A DNA stretch of 61,844 bases, filler included, from Choristocarpus tenellus KU-1152 (taxonomy: Eukaryota > Protista > Phaeophyceae), in the NCBI GenBank assembly GCA_964200185.2. It is 11 parts of 11 records of this genome, joined end to end, with 100 filler letters (N's around TTAATTAATTAA, not from the genome) between each part and the next. Parts side by side here need not be neighbours in the genome. Positions count along the whole stretch, not along the records: positions 49,073 to 58,294 come from CAXNAD020003866.1; positions 58,395 to 61,844 come from CAXNAD020019948.1; 9 more parts are not named here. One strand, written 5' to 3'. Below the pieces are notes generated by a model, which saw only the letters and a list, made by a program, of their open reading frames with translations, was not told the origin of the DNA and made no database searches. This document shows, piece by piece, positions 51,421 to 61,844 of the stretch; position 1 is the first letter of the stretch; every line of letters starts with the position of its first letter. The position numbers and the translations under genes are program-made.

Positions 51421-52662
51421 TGTTTAGTGGTTTGTTTTTCGTTGGATTTTGAATTCTTGGTGTTCGTTTGGGTATTCTTCTTAAGTGAGTTCCATAGCTT
51501 AGTTGTGTACATTGACCGCTCAGAGTTGTTTGAGCTAGGGAGGGTGTTCGAATAGCTTCTCCAACCGTAACAGATATCACTAGTAGTACGCATGCAAGTC
51601 AGAATAGAAAAATTATTAGTTAGTTAACTCATGTTTGTTCTTGCATACGAACGGATAGATAGGAATTGATTCCATTAAGTGTGATGTTTTGAGGTATGGT
51701 CGCCCACCTTACCTTTTTATGTGCCAAGAGTCGGTATCATCCCCACATAGTTTGCTAATGTTTTTGGAATGAATGGTGATGCCTTCGGCTGATATGGATG
51801 CCCCATGCACCCCTGCTGTTTCTTTGTTTTGAACCCTCCCTGTACACCTGTGGAACTCTGTTGCCAAGGCTACCTCTGCTCGGGAGTAATCACTCTACAA
51901 AAGTTTGGTAATATTCTTGTATTTATTTCTTCTACTAACCATATATGAGCTGGGGCATACTTAGACATGTGTCTCTCGAGCAGTGTGTGCTGCCTTCTTC
52001 TTACTCCCCTTGGACCACGGGCATGGACACCTCACACTAATGTGAATAATGACAGAAATATCAAATACAATACATGCTTGTAGTCAAACTCGACGCAAGG
52101 GCGACAATATGGGGACACAGTGTCATCAGGAAGAAGAACACAGGGTGGAGTCCATTGGGCAGGAAGCTTCTGAAGAGGGCAGCAGCTGCAGTGACAGGAG
52201 TCTTCACCTCCCCTACAGTCAACAAGGCTTACCTGCATAATTCTCAAGAGGCCCGTGCACAACAGATACTGGAGGATCAGGAGGATATTGGCAGCCTCTT
52301 TGGAAAAGATCCAGCAATACGGGCAGACCTAGTAAGAAAACTAAGATACAGGGGAAAAAACCTCCATAATGCAATGCTGCAACAAAACCTGGTGGGTAGA
52401 GCGGTCCTTCTCGTGGAGGTGTAAGACATCATCAGTCTGGGATGCGTACCAACAAATAATGTACTTTATGTATTTGTATATGATGTTTAAACAATAATTG
52501 TTACTACGTACTCCCAAGAGAGGTCGTTGCTGTTCTGTAATTTTTTGTGTGGTCCATGAATTAGAAACTGGCCCAACTAGAGGGACTCAAGCACATTCTA
52601 CGAATATATGCATATTTCAAGATTGAAGGGGTGCCTTGGTATATACATACTAGAGTAGTCCA

Positions 52663-52836
52663 GACCCAAAGTCTCTGGGGGGGGGGGTTACACCAGGGTG
52701 TCCATTTGGACCAAAATAAGGATAAGTGTATTTACATTATCCATCTGACGTATGCAACCAAATCACCCATAAACCGCGACATGGAAAAATTGATCCCAAA
52801 TGGACGGTCGCCACCCCCCCCCAGATACTTTTCGTC
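52663..52836 (+). mobile_element. MITE family A, full copy
   Basis: GACCCAAAGTCTCTGGGG...CCCCAGATACTTTTCGTC, TSD TCCA. Confidence 0.92.
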
Positions 52837-52947
52837 TCCACTTCAATAAAAAAACTGGTCATGATGGAGGACTACATATCTTTCTAGATGATTTCCAGTG
52901 CCTTCCCCTGTAATGTTCCTCAACTACATTTCAGAGGAAACCCACTA

Positions 52948-55383
52948 CTATTTTCTCACAACCACTCCAGGGTCCTTCCTTAGCTTGCAGGTCTTTGGTA
53001 ATGGGGGTTCATGGGTGTCACACATAATAACCGTATCACGACCCTCTTCACGTGCAATGATATTGACAGCTCGAGCTACCTCGACATGGGTGAAACATGG
53101 ACGACACAACACACCATTGCCCCTCCAATTACAGTTCATGCTCTCGGAATGTTCATCTTTGCACCTCATGTCACACACCTGTTTAGGAGAGATTTACAGA
53201 CGAGACTTGATTACTACTACTGCTACAGAAAACTTGTTGTGCGCCTTCTAATTCATTGGGGGGTCATGTGTGCAACTTGCAAAATCTCTATGGAGCTCTA
53301 TCTATTTTTCCCAGAAAAAGAGTAGTACTTGGAGTAACCACTACAGGCAGAGCTGCAATGTGTATTCGATCTTTCCCGAGATATTTATGGAGTCATCAAA
53401 GCAACCCTAGATCGAGTGCCTGGGAGGTGGTACTCACTTGACTGACCACTTCTCAACCAAATGTGAAGTGATACAGATATGTCAAGCTGGATATGACATG
53501 AGAGCATATAGGGATGGCAAATACTTCACTCTCGTTTCATAATCAAAGACATAAACAAACCACTACACTGCAACTCACCGCTTCACTTTCTGTGGTGCAG
53601 TCACTGTGGCAGCCCCTTGCTGGTGGAGGTGCAAGAGTGTCGCACATGATGACATGACGACCTTCCACACAATCTTCCTCCATTTTTTCCGCTGCATCTC
53701 TAGTTCTAGACTCTCTCAGCTCCTCTTCTGCAATCTGGGCTTCCTCCAAGTCGGTGTAACAGAGGCGACAACTCTCGCCATACTTTAGAGTATCCCCATC
53801 TCCACACAGATAGCCTCCGAAACGGGGAAGCTCCTCGCCCCTTGCTAAGCATGAAGAATCACAAACAGTGCTCACGCCAAGAGGAAAGGTTCTCCTGTCT
53901 ACCACCGCAGATTGACGAGCATTGCTCCCCAGTGGTGGAGTGGATATCCTCCTCTCCAGGGTATCCAAAGGATGCCCTTCCTCCACTAGTGTTGCTGCAC
54001 TGATCATTGTTGCTTCCAGGAAGGAAGGATATCTCAACATCTGCCCCATCCTGCACTTCTTTGCTGTTCATATTGCAGGAGCCAGTACTATTGGTCTGCA
54101 AAGCAGCAACGGGTCCAAGTCAAGTTGGTGGTCCATTTTGGGTACGCACAAGGTCATATTTATGCCCAGATTATGCCTTGTTCTAGCCCGAGGTGGGAAG
54201 ATGGGGTGCTACCTAGTGTATTTAACATCAAGTCAACGTTAACAGAGAGAGGAACACAAACAAGTAGCTGTTGTTTGGTATTTCTTCCGATACTGCATTA
54301 CTTGGTTGATGTCATGAACTCAAAGTGGGTTGCATCTTCTCCTTACTCACCAAAGTGAAAGCCAAAAAATTATGGGAGTAACGCTGCCACAATAACCAGG
54401 TGTATGGAGAGTCTGCTGTTGTTGTGGTTGGCATAAATGAACTAGAAGGGAGGATGTGGTTCCGTTGATCTCTGTTGTGGTCCAGGAAGTCTACGAATGT
54501 GTAGCCAATGCTCTTGTAGATGGTGTCGAGGTGCCCAACCACATATCGAGAAATAGGCATATTTGGACCAGTAAGGGTGATACCCTTCACTCCAAAGACC
54601 TCCAGATTTGCGAATGCGGCGCGATACAGACGCTCGAACGAGTCGTGTGCAACGTTTGCTTCCCACTGGAAAAGCACCAAGGCACGGTAAGGCGAAAAAT
54701 ATTGGCTCACCTCTACGTCAAAGAGCATCTTGTAGAACTGAACCGACAATTTATTCAGGTACAAGTGTTCCTGCCGAGCAAAGGTACGCAAGGATCGGGG
54801 AAGTGTCAGGAAGGACGATGGATGAGATTTTCATGGGTGAGCAGTCCAACTCTTACTCAACAGCCCGAATCAGGACAGAACGTGTACCATAGGATCAGAA
54901 ATGTGGTGTTGATCGAGATCTAGCGAACATGCACTATGCAAGAAATTTTCTTCGTACCTCTTCGGGCAGATGCCCTTACACAACCTCCATAGTCGCAAAA
55001 CAAGGGGAATCCAGTCTGATGACTTCTTCTGTGAGCAAGGTTGGAATGTGGTCGTCTCGATCAGAGCAGTACAGGATCAGATCAGTAGTGTATCCTTGAG
55101 TGTGAAAGTGGCAGACTGAAGGCCACTCTCGAATAGCTCTCAACGCTCGTTGGGAATCTTCGGCGTGGGTTGGGACCACCACCGCTAGTCGTGGGCCTGG
55201 ATTTGTGGAGGACCTAGGTGTTCCTCCCGAGCCCATTTTGTCCCTGACATGCAGAATGTCATATAGAATATAGACAGTGCATACTGCTATTCCAGAGAGA
55301 ACAAGCATCATGTGAACAACAGCAAGAAAGGTGGGACCACATCGTGGTCCCATATCACGGGGCATCGGTAGACCCATTCTCAA
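52948..55383 (-). pseudogene. Pseudogenised type-II membrane protein with a glycosyltransferase-like domain and Cys-rich repeats
   Basis: Exon 55383-54958 has a TM helix, RLAVVVPTH and an in-frame TAA at 54976-54978. Exon 54770-54351 has SVQFYKM, SFERLYRAAF and SPYTWLLWQRYS. Cys-repeat exons end at 53579 and start at 53178. Further stops occur downstream. Confidence 0.65.
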
Positions 55384-56116
55384 TGGTGCTGTTGTGGTGG
55401 GATCCTTTTGAGGGGGGGGTGGAATCCTTCTCTTGAGGCCAGGCGAGACAACAGAATTTATAGGACAAATATCAGAGATAGAAAAAGTGCAACGACGATT
55501 GTCTCCCTCTCGATTACAATTTTACCCTCAAGGTGAGGCAAAATACAACGTTGTTCTAGACAAGGAGGTCTAGATTATCATCTTCCTCAACAAACCTACA
55601 ACCCTTCCAAATAATATTATCTGTGAAGAGATGGGGGAGGAAGGGGTTCGAAGATACTAATAAACACAACGATTGATATATTGTCTGTATATTTATGTTA
55701 CATGGTAAACAAGGAAAATCTGAACATGATATTTGTATTTAGAGAGTTATAGGGTTAATATTATTCTTCACGTATTTATTTTGTGTCGTGTTCATCTGTA
55801 AGGAATCGTCCAGTTTTTGGTAACAAGGAAGAATATTAACTGCTATTGATATCTTATTATTCCTATCACATTCGGACAGATCCTTGACCTATGGTCGAAA
55901 AAGTAGTTGAAATAACCCAATGCACACTCGTTTAGAAAGTTGAGGACAACATATGCAAATCGAAATAGTTCATAGGTATAAAAGAGAAAATAGGAACCCA
56001 AAAAAAAAGATATACAATAAAAGGAAATATATATTGTCATAGAAAAACACTACAAAAATCAGACAAAATCGTGTATGGTAGGGAAGAAAATAAATAAATA
56101 TAGAATTCAAGAGAAG

Positions 56117-56337
56117 AATAACCTCACAAAGAAATTTACGTTCATGACAAAATGATGGTGGTATTGATAGTTTGCATGACATAATAAAAATAATACCACA
56201 AAGAAAACTACATTCAAAAACAAAAATGTTATTTATTGTTTGGATGATGTAACAATAATAACCCTGCAAACAATTACCCCGCAAAGAAAAACTACTTCCA
56301 GAACAAAATGGTGGTGGTATTGATTGTTTGGATGACC
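56117..56337. repeat. Degenerate ~75-85-bp minisatellite, 3 copies
   Basis: Recurrent CAAAGAAA(A/T)(C/T)TAC...CAAAA...ATTGTTTGGATGA at about 56125, 56197 and 56281. Confidence 0.75.
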
Positions 56338-56349
56338 TTACCTACCACT

Positions 56350-56860
56350 TTGGTGTGACATAGGACACCATTCGTCCATGGACCTCGTTGTGCCCTTAGC
56401 CACACACTCGTACCACTTCTGTTTTTGGATAGTGATGGTCGTCGTGCTCCAACACCCGATTACCCAGTCCCAAACTTGTCAAGGTCATTTTGGAGATACG
56501 TCTACCGGTCCTTCTCCTGTCCTTCTCCTCCCCAATGCCTAAATCATTCAACTCCAACTGCCTTTAAATGCCTTTATCATGCCCATTCTCCTGAAACCCA
56601 TATAGGTTTTGGTTGTAGGATCCAGACCAGTAGTCAGGACCTGATTCAACTTCAACCCTTTCGGCTGCTGGTTCTCGCCGTCAAAATACCCCTGGACCAT
56701 AATTCCTCCCTCTGCTAAATCGATTCACGATATCATATCATATGGTGCGGGCATACAATATTTTTCTCTTCCACGCCTGTTCAGGGGTGTTCGCTTGCAA
56801 GCGCTGTGTAGTCTTGCGCTGTTTTCTCCAACTCTGGATGCTGATGATTGATTCGAATAT
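56350..56860 (-). mobile_element. Decayed non-LTR retrotransposon (LINE) ORF2 C-terminal remnant
   Basis: Broken frames LQNDLDKFG and KQKWYECVAKGTTRSMDEW resemble the RTE-like C-terminal pattern D...FG...W...V..G...FM..W. Confidence 0.4.
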
Positions 56861-57222
56861 AATTGTAGACAGTGTCATAGATGTGTAATCCTAAAGAGTA
56901 ATTCTGTACTCTTTGTACGATGGGTTAGGTAATTTTTTTCTTCGACACCCATCACCTACCTTAGTCGAGCAAAAGAACGATTCAAGAAGTGACGAGACGG
57001 GAGATGAGGAAGGAAGGTTAAAATTTGGAGGAGGTTTAAAACAGAGAAACAAATAAAACGACAAACGATTGTATAATATAATAATTGTTGGTGAGCTTGA
57101 CACAACTTCAATTGTGAAGGAAGATGGGGCGGTGTGTTTTAGATGGCCATATAAGACATTGAAAGGTGTATGTTGCACATATGTCAAAAGTTTGACAGGA
57201 GACAGGTGAGTCCTCCACTTCA

Positions 57223-57403
57223 GGCTCAATGTATATCTGTGAGGGGGGGGAGTCTACACCAAGGTGTCCATTTTAGCCCTGGACAGGAAAAGTATACTTA
57301 CACTATCCATCCAACGCATGGAACCAAATCACCTGGAAATCGCGACATGGAAAAATGGGCTCCGAATGAACAGCTGCCACCCCCCCCCCAGACACTTTGA
57401 ATC
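57223..57403 (+). mobile_element. MITE family A, full diverged copy
   Basis: GGCTCAATGTATATCTG...CCCCAGACACTTTGAATC, TSD TTCA. Confidence 0.88.
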
Positions 57404-57540
57404 TTCATCTCCTAGAAGTGCTCCAATTTCTGAGCCAAACCATGATAGGTAGGCAGATTTGGGTCCTTTTGCATCCTAAGCCATCTTTCTTACCACGTAC
57501 AACACGCTGTTTTAAATTGCTTGATGTGCATAATAGTGTA

Positions 57541-57712
57541 GACCCAATATATCTGGGGGGGGTATACACCAGGGTGTCCATTTGGGTTGAAATCAGGAAA
57601 AGTTCATTTACATTATCCATCCGACATATGCAACCAAATCACCCAAAAATCGCGACATGAAAAATTTATCCCAAATGGATAGCTGCCACACACACCCCAG
57701 ATACTTTGAGCC
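57541..57712 (+). mobile_element. MITE family A, full copy
   Basis: GACCCAATATATCTGGGG...CCCCAGATACTTTGAGCC, TSD TGTA. Confidence 0.92.
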
Positions 57713-58249
57713 TGTACTCAAACTTGATATTCCCCCTTTCCAAACACAAAGTGACATTGGTGTACCACAATCAAGCAAAGGCTGTTTCCGCAACTGCACA
57801 AAATGCGATTTTTTGCCTTCGGGATCCTCGAAATGCAACCCTGCCTACCTCTTTATTTATGTTGTTTTCTTACATTCCTATTCCAACTGCTTGCCTCCCC
57901 CTCGAATGTCAACATACGTTGTGGGTGACCACCAATCTCCTTGTGAAGATTGATGGCAGGTTTGAGATACAGGAAGCGGTCTGCCATGGAATAAGTGGAT
58001 CATAAGTCGAAATACCCTCTGCATCACCTTCTCTGACTCAATCCTCGACATCCTGCATATCTCCCTCCAAGTGTTCCTTGCGCTGGCTGAACTATAAAAA
58101 AGCGCCAACATCTGCCTGACTGGGATGATTTTATGGGGTTTTTTTACCTTCCCTCATAAATGATACACCAACCAAATATTCCAAACTGAGATCTATGCAA
58201 TGGTGGGTCGTGATAACGTGATCTTCCTCCAGCAAGTGAGCCATCTTAA

Positions 58250-58294
58250 GGGTCAAAGTATCTGAGGGGGGGGGTGTCGGCGTCCGTTTTTCAC
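58250..58294 (+). mobile_element. Terminus of a family-A-related MITE variant at contig end
   Basis: GGGTCAAAGTATCTGAGGGGGGGGG..GGCGTCCGTTT. Confidence 0.75.
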
Positions 58295-58394
58295 NNNNNN
58301 NNNNNNNNNNNNNNNNNNNNNNNNNNNNNNNNNNNNNNTTAATTAATTAANNNNNNNNNNNNNNNNNNNNNNNNNNNNNNNNNNNNNNNNNNNN
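58295..58394. other. Artificial contig spacer
   Basis: 44 N + TTAATTAATTAA + 44 N. Confidence 0.98.
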
Positions 58395-58459
58395 TTTGTT
58401 TGCCCCAAACGGACGCCCCCCCCCCAACCCCCCCCCCCCCCCCCAAGATACTTTGACCC
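58395..58459 (+). mobile_element. Terminus of a family-A-related MITE variant at contig start
   Basis: CCCCAAACGGACGCC-polyC-AGATACTTTGACCC. Confidence 0.75.
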
Positions 58460-58631
58460 TCAGTCATTTTCATAGGAAGTGTTGGTCGTGAACCTGATAC
58501 CTCCTCCTATCTCATTCCGCCAACAACACCACTCTAATTATTTTCCCTCCTCGCTGTTGTTGTTGTTATTGTAGACGTCTTGTCGTTGTTGTGTTGTTGT
58601 TGTTGTTGCAAATCGTAGTAGTGTGAATCGT

Positions 58632-58809
58632 GGCTCAAAGTATCTGGAACGGGGTGGCAGCTGTCCATTTGGGGTAATTTTTCCATGTCGCGATTTTTGT
58701 GTGATTTGGTTGCATACGTCGGATGGATAATGTAAATGCACTTTTCCTCATTTTGGTCCAAATGAACACCCTGGTCTAGCCCCCCCCCCCCTCCCAGATA
58801 CTTTGGGCC
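58632..58809 (-). mobile_element. MITE family A, full copy
   Basis: GGCTCAAAGTATCTGG...CCCAGATACTTTGGGCC, TSD TCGT. Confidence 0.92.
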
Positions 58810-59103
58810 TCGTGTGATTCTGTGGCGACATGGTTCACTCAGGTAAGGGTGGCGAAGAGAATCATCGAGTAAGATGGACCAAATGGACCAAAACGAACCG
58901 TAACTGAGAGGACGAGGTTAAGATTGAACAAGTGCAAGACAGCTTGTACAAAACCTGTGAGGACTGACAGACTGAGGGTCTAGAGAGAGAGGATCCTCAG
59001 AATAGATCAGGACGTGAGAACGAACTGAATCTTTCATGTTTGACAACTCTGAATGAAGAGCTGTTACAACACGCTCCAGAACTCACCTCCACAGGATGTG
59101 CAA

Positions 59104-59361
59104 GAGCCAAAGTAACTTAGAGGGTAGGGCCACGTCCATTTGGGGACCAAATTCCAATGTTGCGATTTTGATGTAATTTTGGTAATGTGTTTGTTACAAA
59201 GTGTCAATATCCTTGTTCTGGACATTCCTTCTCATAACGTATACATTTTACCTACTCCGAAACACTTTGGAGTAGAAAAATGTCATTAAAAACTCCATGG
59301 GATGCCAAGCCCCAAATGGACAAACAGGGCAAAACTTGTACCCTCTAAGAATATTTCACTC
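59104..59361 (-). mobile_element. MITE family B, full copy
   Basis: GAGCCAAAGTAACTTAGAGGGTAG...GTACCCTCTAAGAATATTTCACTC, TSD GCAA. Confidence 0.92.
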
Positions 59362-61449
59362 GCAACTCAAATCCAACGACCTTATAACGACGCTATAGAG
59401 GCGTTGCCTTTAGTAACAGTTAAGAGTTTCTTGGGTGTCAGACAATCTTCTCTCGATGCTTCTCTTCAGTGCTTAGCTCAAAGCTTGGCTTAATGTTCGC
59501 TCAAGATTAAAGACTGTTAAAGAGGGGTAAAGGATGGTCTCACACAAAAGCCCTTCTCATATATTCATCATTCACTCGCTCTCTTCAGACTATGAGTCAA
59601 AAGACATCTGCAAGCTGTTGTCTATCAACTCAAATTACAAAACCTTTCAGCAACTCCCAGGGATTAACGTCTATTCTGTGATTCTGTGCTTCTGTGAGAC
59701 TATATATGCATTTAAAGTCTTACACTGCGTCTCTTATAGATTCAACGTTCCTCTTGTATGAATTCTTACATATGTATACTGTTCGCGCATGTTGGCACGC
59801 GGAAAGAAATGCTCGCGCTATTCGCCTGTAACAGAGCAGTCCCATATCTGTAAAACTGGACTCTTGAGGAGATTCCATTAATTCGTTCTCACGGAAGATC
59901 CGCCACTGGAATCACGGATGCTTGAAAGAACCTCAATCGGCATAATGGTATAACGGTGTATGGCATACGACAATACTGGTAAAACAACAGATAGGCATGC
60001 TTTCCACATCATCCCCCCTTCTGATCGGTCTTGAAGTCATGTGAACATGATTCAAGATCAACCAAAAAGTGTTGTCTGGGAGCGAAATGGGAAATATATG
60101 TGACTGTTAGTATACTATTTCATCATTGTATTACACGACACCATTAATACAAAATGGTGTGTATTATATAAACGAGGCAATTAATGATATCTGATCAGGA
60201 CATCATTTCCCCAAGGTTGATAGTGTGTAGTCAGCACACCAATCAAGCTTATGAGGTATGAGAGTATGGGATCAGCATATCAATCAGCCTAATGACGAGA
60301 CGAGAGGCATATGTGGCCAGCATGTAGGTTTCTATTATCTTGTATAAACAGGATACATCAGAATGGGGATACGAGGAGCAAACACTATATACGATGTCAA
60401 CAACGGTTTGACTGGTGTTTGTAACTCGACATTGCTATACGGGTGTTATACGATGGTTTGATTACCACTCCAACGCATGAAAATAACATCGAGTGTTACA
60501 TGACCAATATCAACACAGCAAACGACGAGATAAATACGTCTACCGATTCTCCTTCCTCACTTCTGACATCGATTGGAATATTGCTGACGGTGACTACAAT
60601 ATTCCAAGTGGACAACTCGGACGTATGACGTTGGTGGCTCAACTCTCCTAAAACGATACGAGGTCACTGTACGATCATTGCATCATGTTGGGGGGATCAT
60701 GCTACTTGAATGAAAACAAAACATGTATGACTCACCTGAAGTCTTCATTCTTACCTATTGGTAGACTTGAATCTTCCTTTTTTTTATAGAGGGGTTAGTC
60801 ATTTCATGATGAATAATAAGTCAATTTCATGAAAACATGACATGAACTAATGAACAGTCACCTCTAGTACACAATCGCTAATGTGACAGGCGATACGGTC
60901 TCTTCACCAAAACATGTGTCCACTCATGCGAACGAGGAGAGTTGAGAGGTAAAATTAATTTTATTATTAATTTATCCAAACCCATCTACATTTATATAGT
61001 CTATTTGCAAAGATTGATAAACCTGGTAAATACGAGATGCCAAGTCAGAGCTGGTCGTGAACAGGTTAACTGATATCTGTTACCAGTTATCTCATCTCTT
61101 CACAAAACGATAGACTATACCCATCTATGACAAAATGACACACAAATGATTTGTCTAAACTAGATGATCAATCTATGTATAAGATTACGGCATGTGGGTA
61201 CCACGAGATCCAGCCACCCAGCCAAGACACACAAGTCACAAAAATCAAACAAACACCAAATACAGATATAACAAAAAAAATTACCAAGGATCTGTACCAC
61301 ACATATATACAATAATCTCTTTACTGAAACCGGATAGGTTACAACACTACGGCAATGCATGATACACAATATATGCAAAGGAGTATGATAACAGTAAATA
61401 CGAATTCTCAAGTCAACACAGTGTAGGACGAGAATTTAGGACGAGAATT

Positions 61450-61844
61450 TTATTGATTGTTCAATCCATTTACTGCACGATAGGCTGCAATCATTTCACG
61501 ATATTGTGGGATCCATTCTGTTCTTTTGTGAGGATCACAAGACGGTCCATAGCCACAAAGGTGAAGGCGATAGACAATATTAGTGGACGAATGACGACCA
61601 GGACCAGGTCTATGTCCAACAATGCTATCAATAGTGTATTGGTCAATAACAGTTTGAGAGATTTGATGGTCTATATCTGATAATGGTAATGGTTCTCCCA
61701 GAAACAATTAATCCAGTTCATTTATATCTGGTGTAGGAGGCTGGACTTGAGGATAGTAACGCTTCATTCTACCCAGATGAACGGAAAATGGAGGTGGGTT
61801 TCCAGGTAATACGACCCTGTACACGATGGGTGATACCTTAGAAT
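61450..61844 (-). mobile_element. Chromovirus-type Gypsy integrase C-terminus with chromodomain (decayed)
   Basis: KVSPIVYRVVLPG..SVHLGRMKRY (end of GPY/F module), an in-frame stop at ~61708-61710, then chromodomain YTIDSIVGHRPGPG..YRLHLCGYGPSCD..IPQYREMIAAYR. Confidence 0.85.

Noticed and set aside
52074-52424. 116-aa ORF as a gene
   Set aside because: Non-ATG start, no recognisable motif or splice partners, and located among TE debris
58250-58459. A single MITE spanning the spacer
   Set aside because: The ends are on different contigs and the flanks (TTAA vs TCAG) do not form a TSD

Overview
This window is not one locus. It is 11 short eukaryotic contigs joined by artificial 100-bp spacers (44 N + TTAATTAATTAA + 44 N): 1-4424, 4525-13412, 13513-19429, 19530-27226, 27327-31543, 31644-34202, 34303-38288, 38389-42621, 42722-48972, 49073-58294 and 58395-61844. 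Spliceosomal introns, scattered (CCCTAA)n islands, a QKIQDKEG ubiquitin variant and the gene families present suggest a stramenopile, most likely a brown alga (inference). Hand-built, phase-consistent gene models are: the last unit of a polyubiquitin, a UBZ-UBZ-RING protein, the 3' part of a CDKC/CDK9/12-type kinase, a NACHT-type STAND NTPase and an MscS-like (MSL) channel. There are also exon fragments of a divergent dynein heavy chain (AAA4-stalk) and a pseudogenised TM + GT-like + Cys-repeat gene. The most distinctive signal is a DNA-transposon system. Two abundant MITE families (about 175 bp and about 250 bp), plus variant ends, share the TIR core AAAGTATCT and a subterminal GTCCATTTGG motif. 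Family A makes variable 4-bp target-site duplications (Sola-like structure). A longer element with a family-B terminus and a decayed transposase-like frame (49142-50975) may be their autonomous partner. The window also holds decayed mariner, Copia, Gypsy/chromovirus and LINE fragments, several minisatellites, and 3 GC-AG introns among about 15 modelled. No rRNA, intact tRNA or CRISPR array was found. Protein family calls come from motif recognition only, not from database searches.
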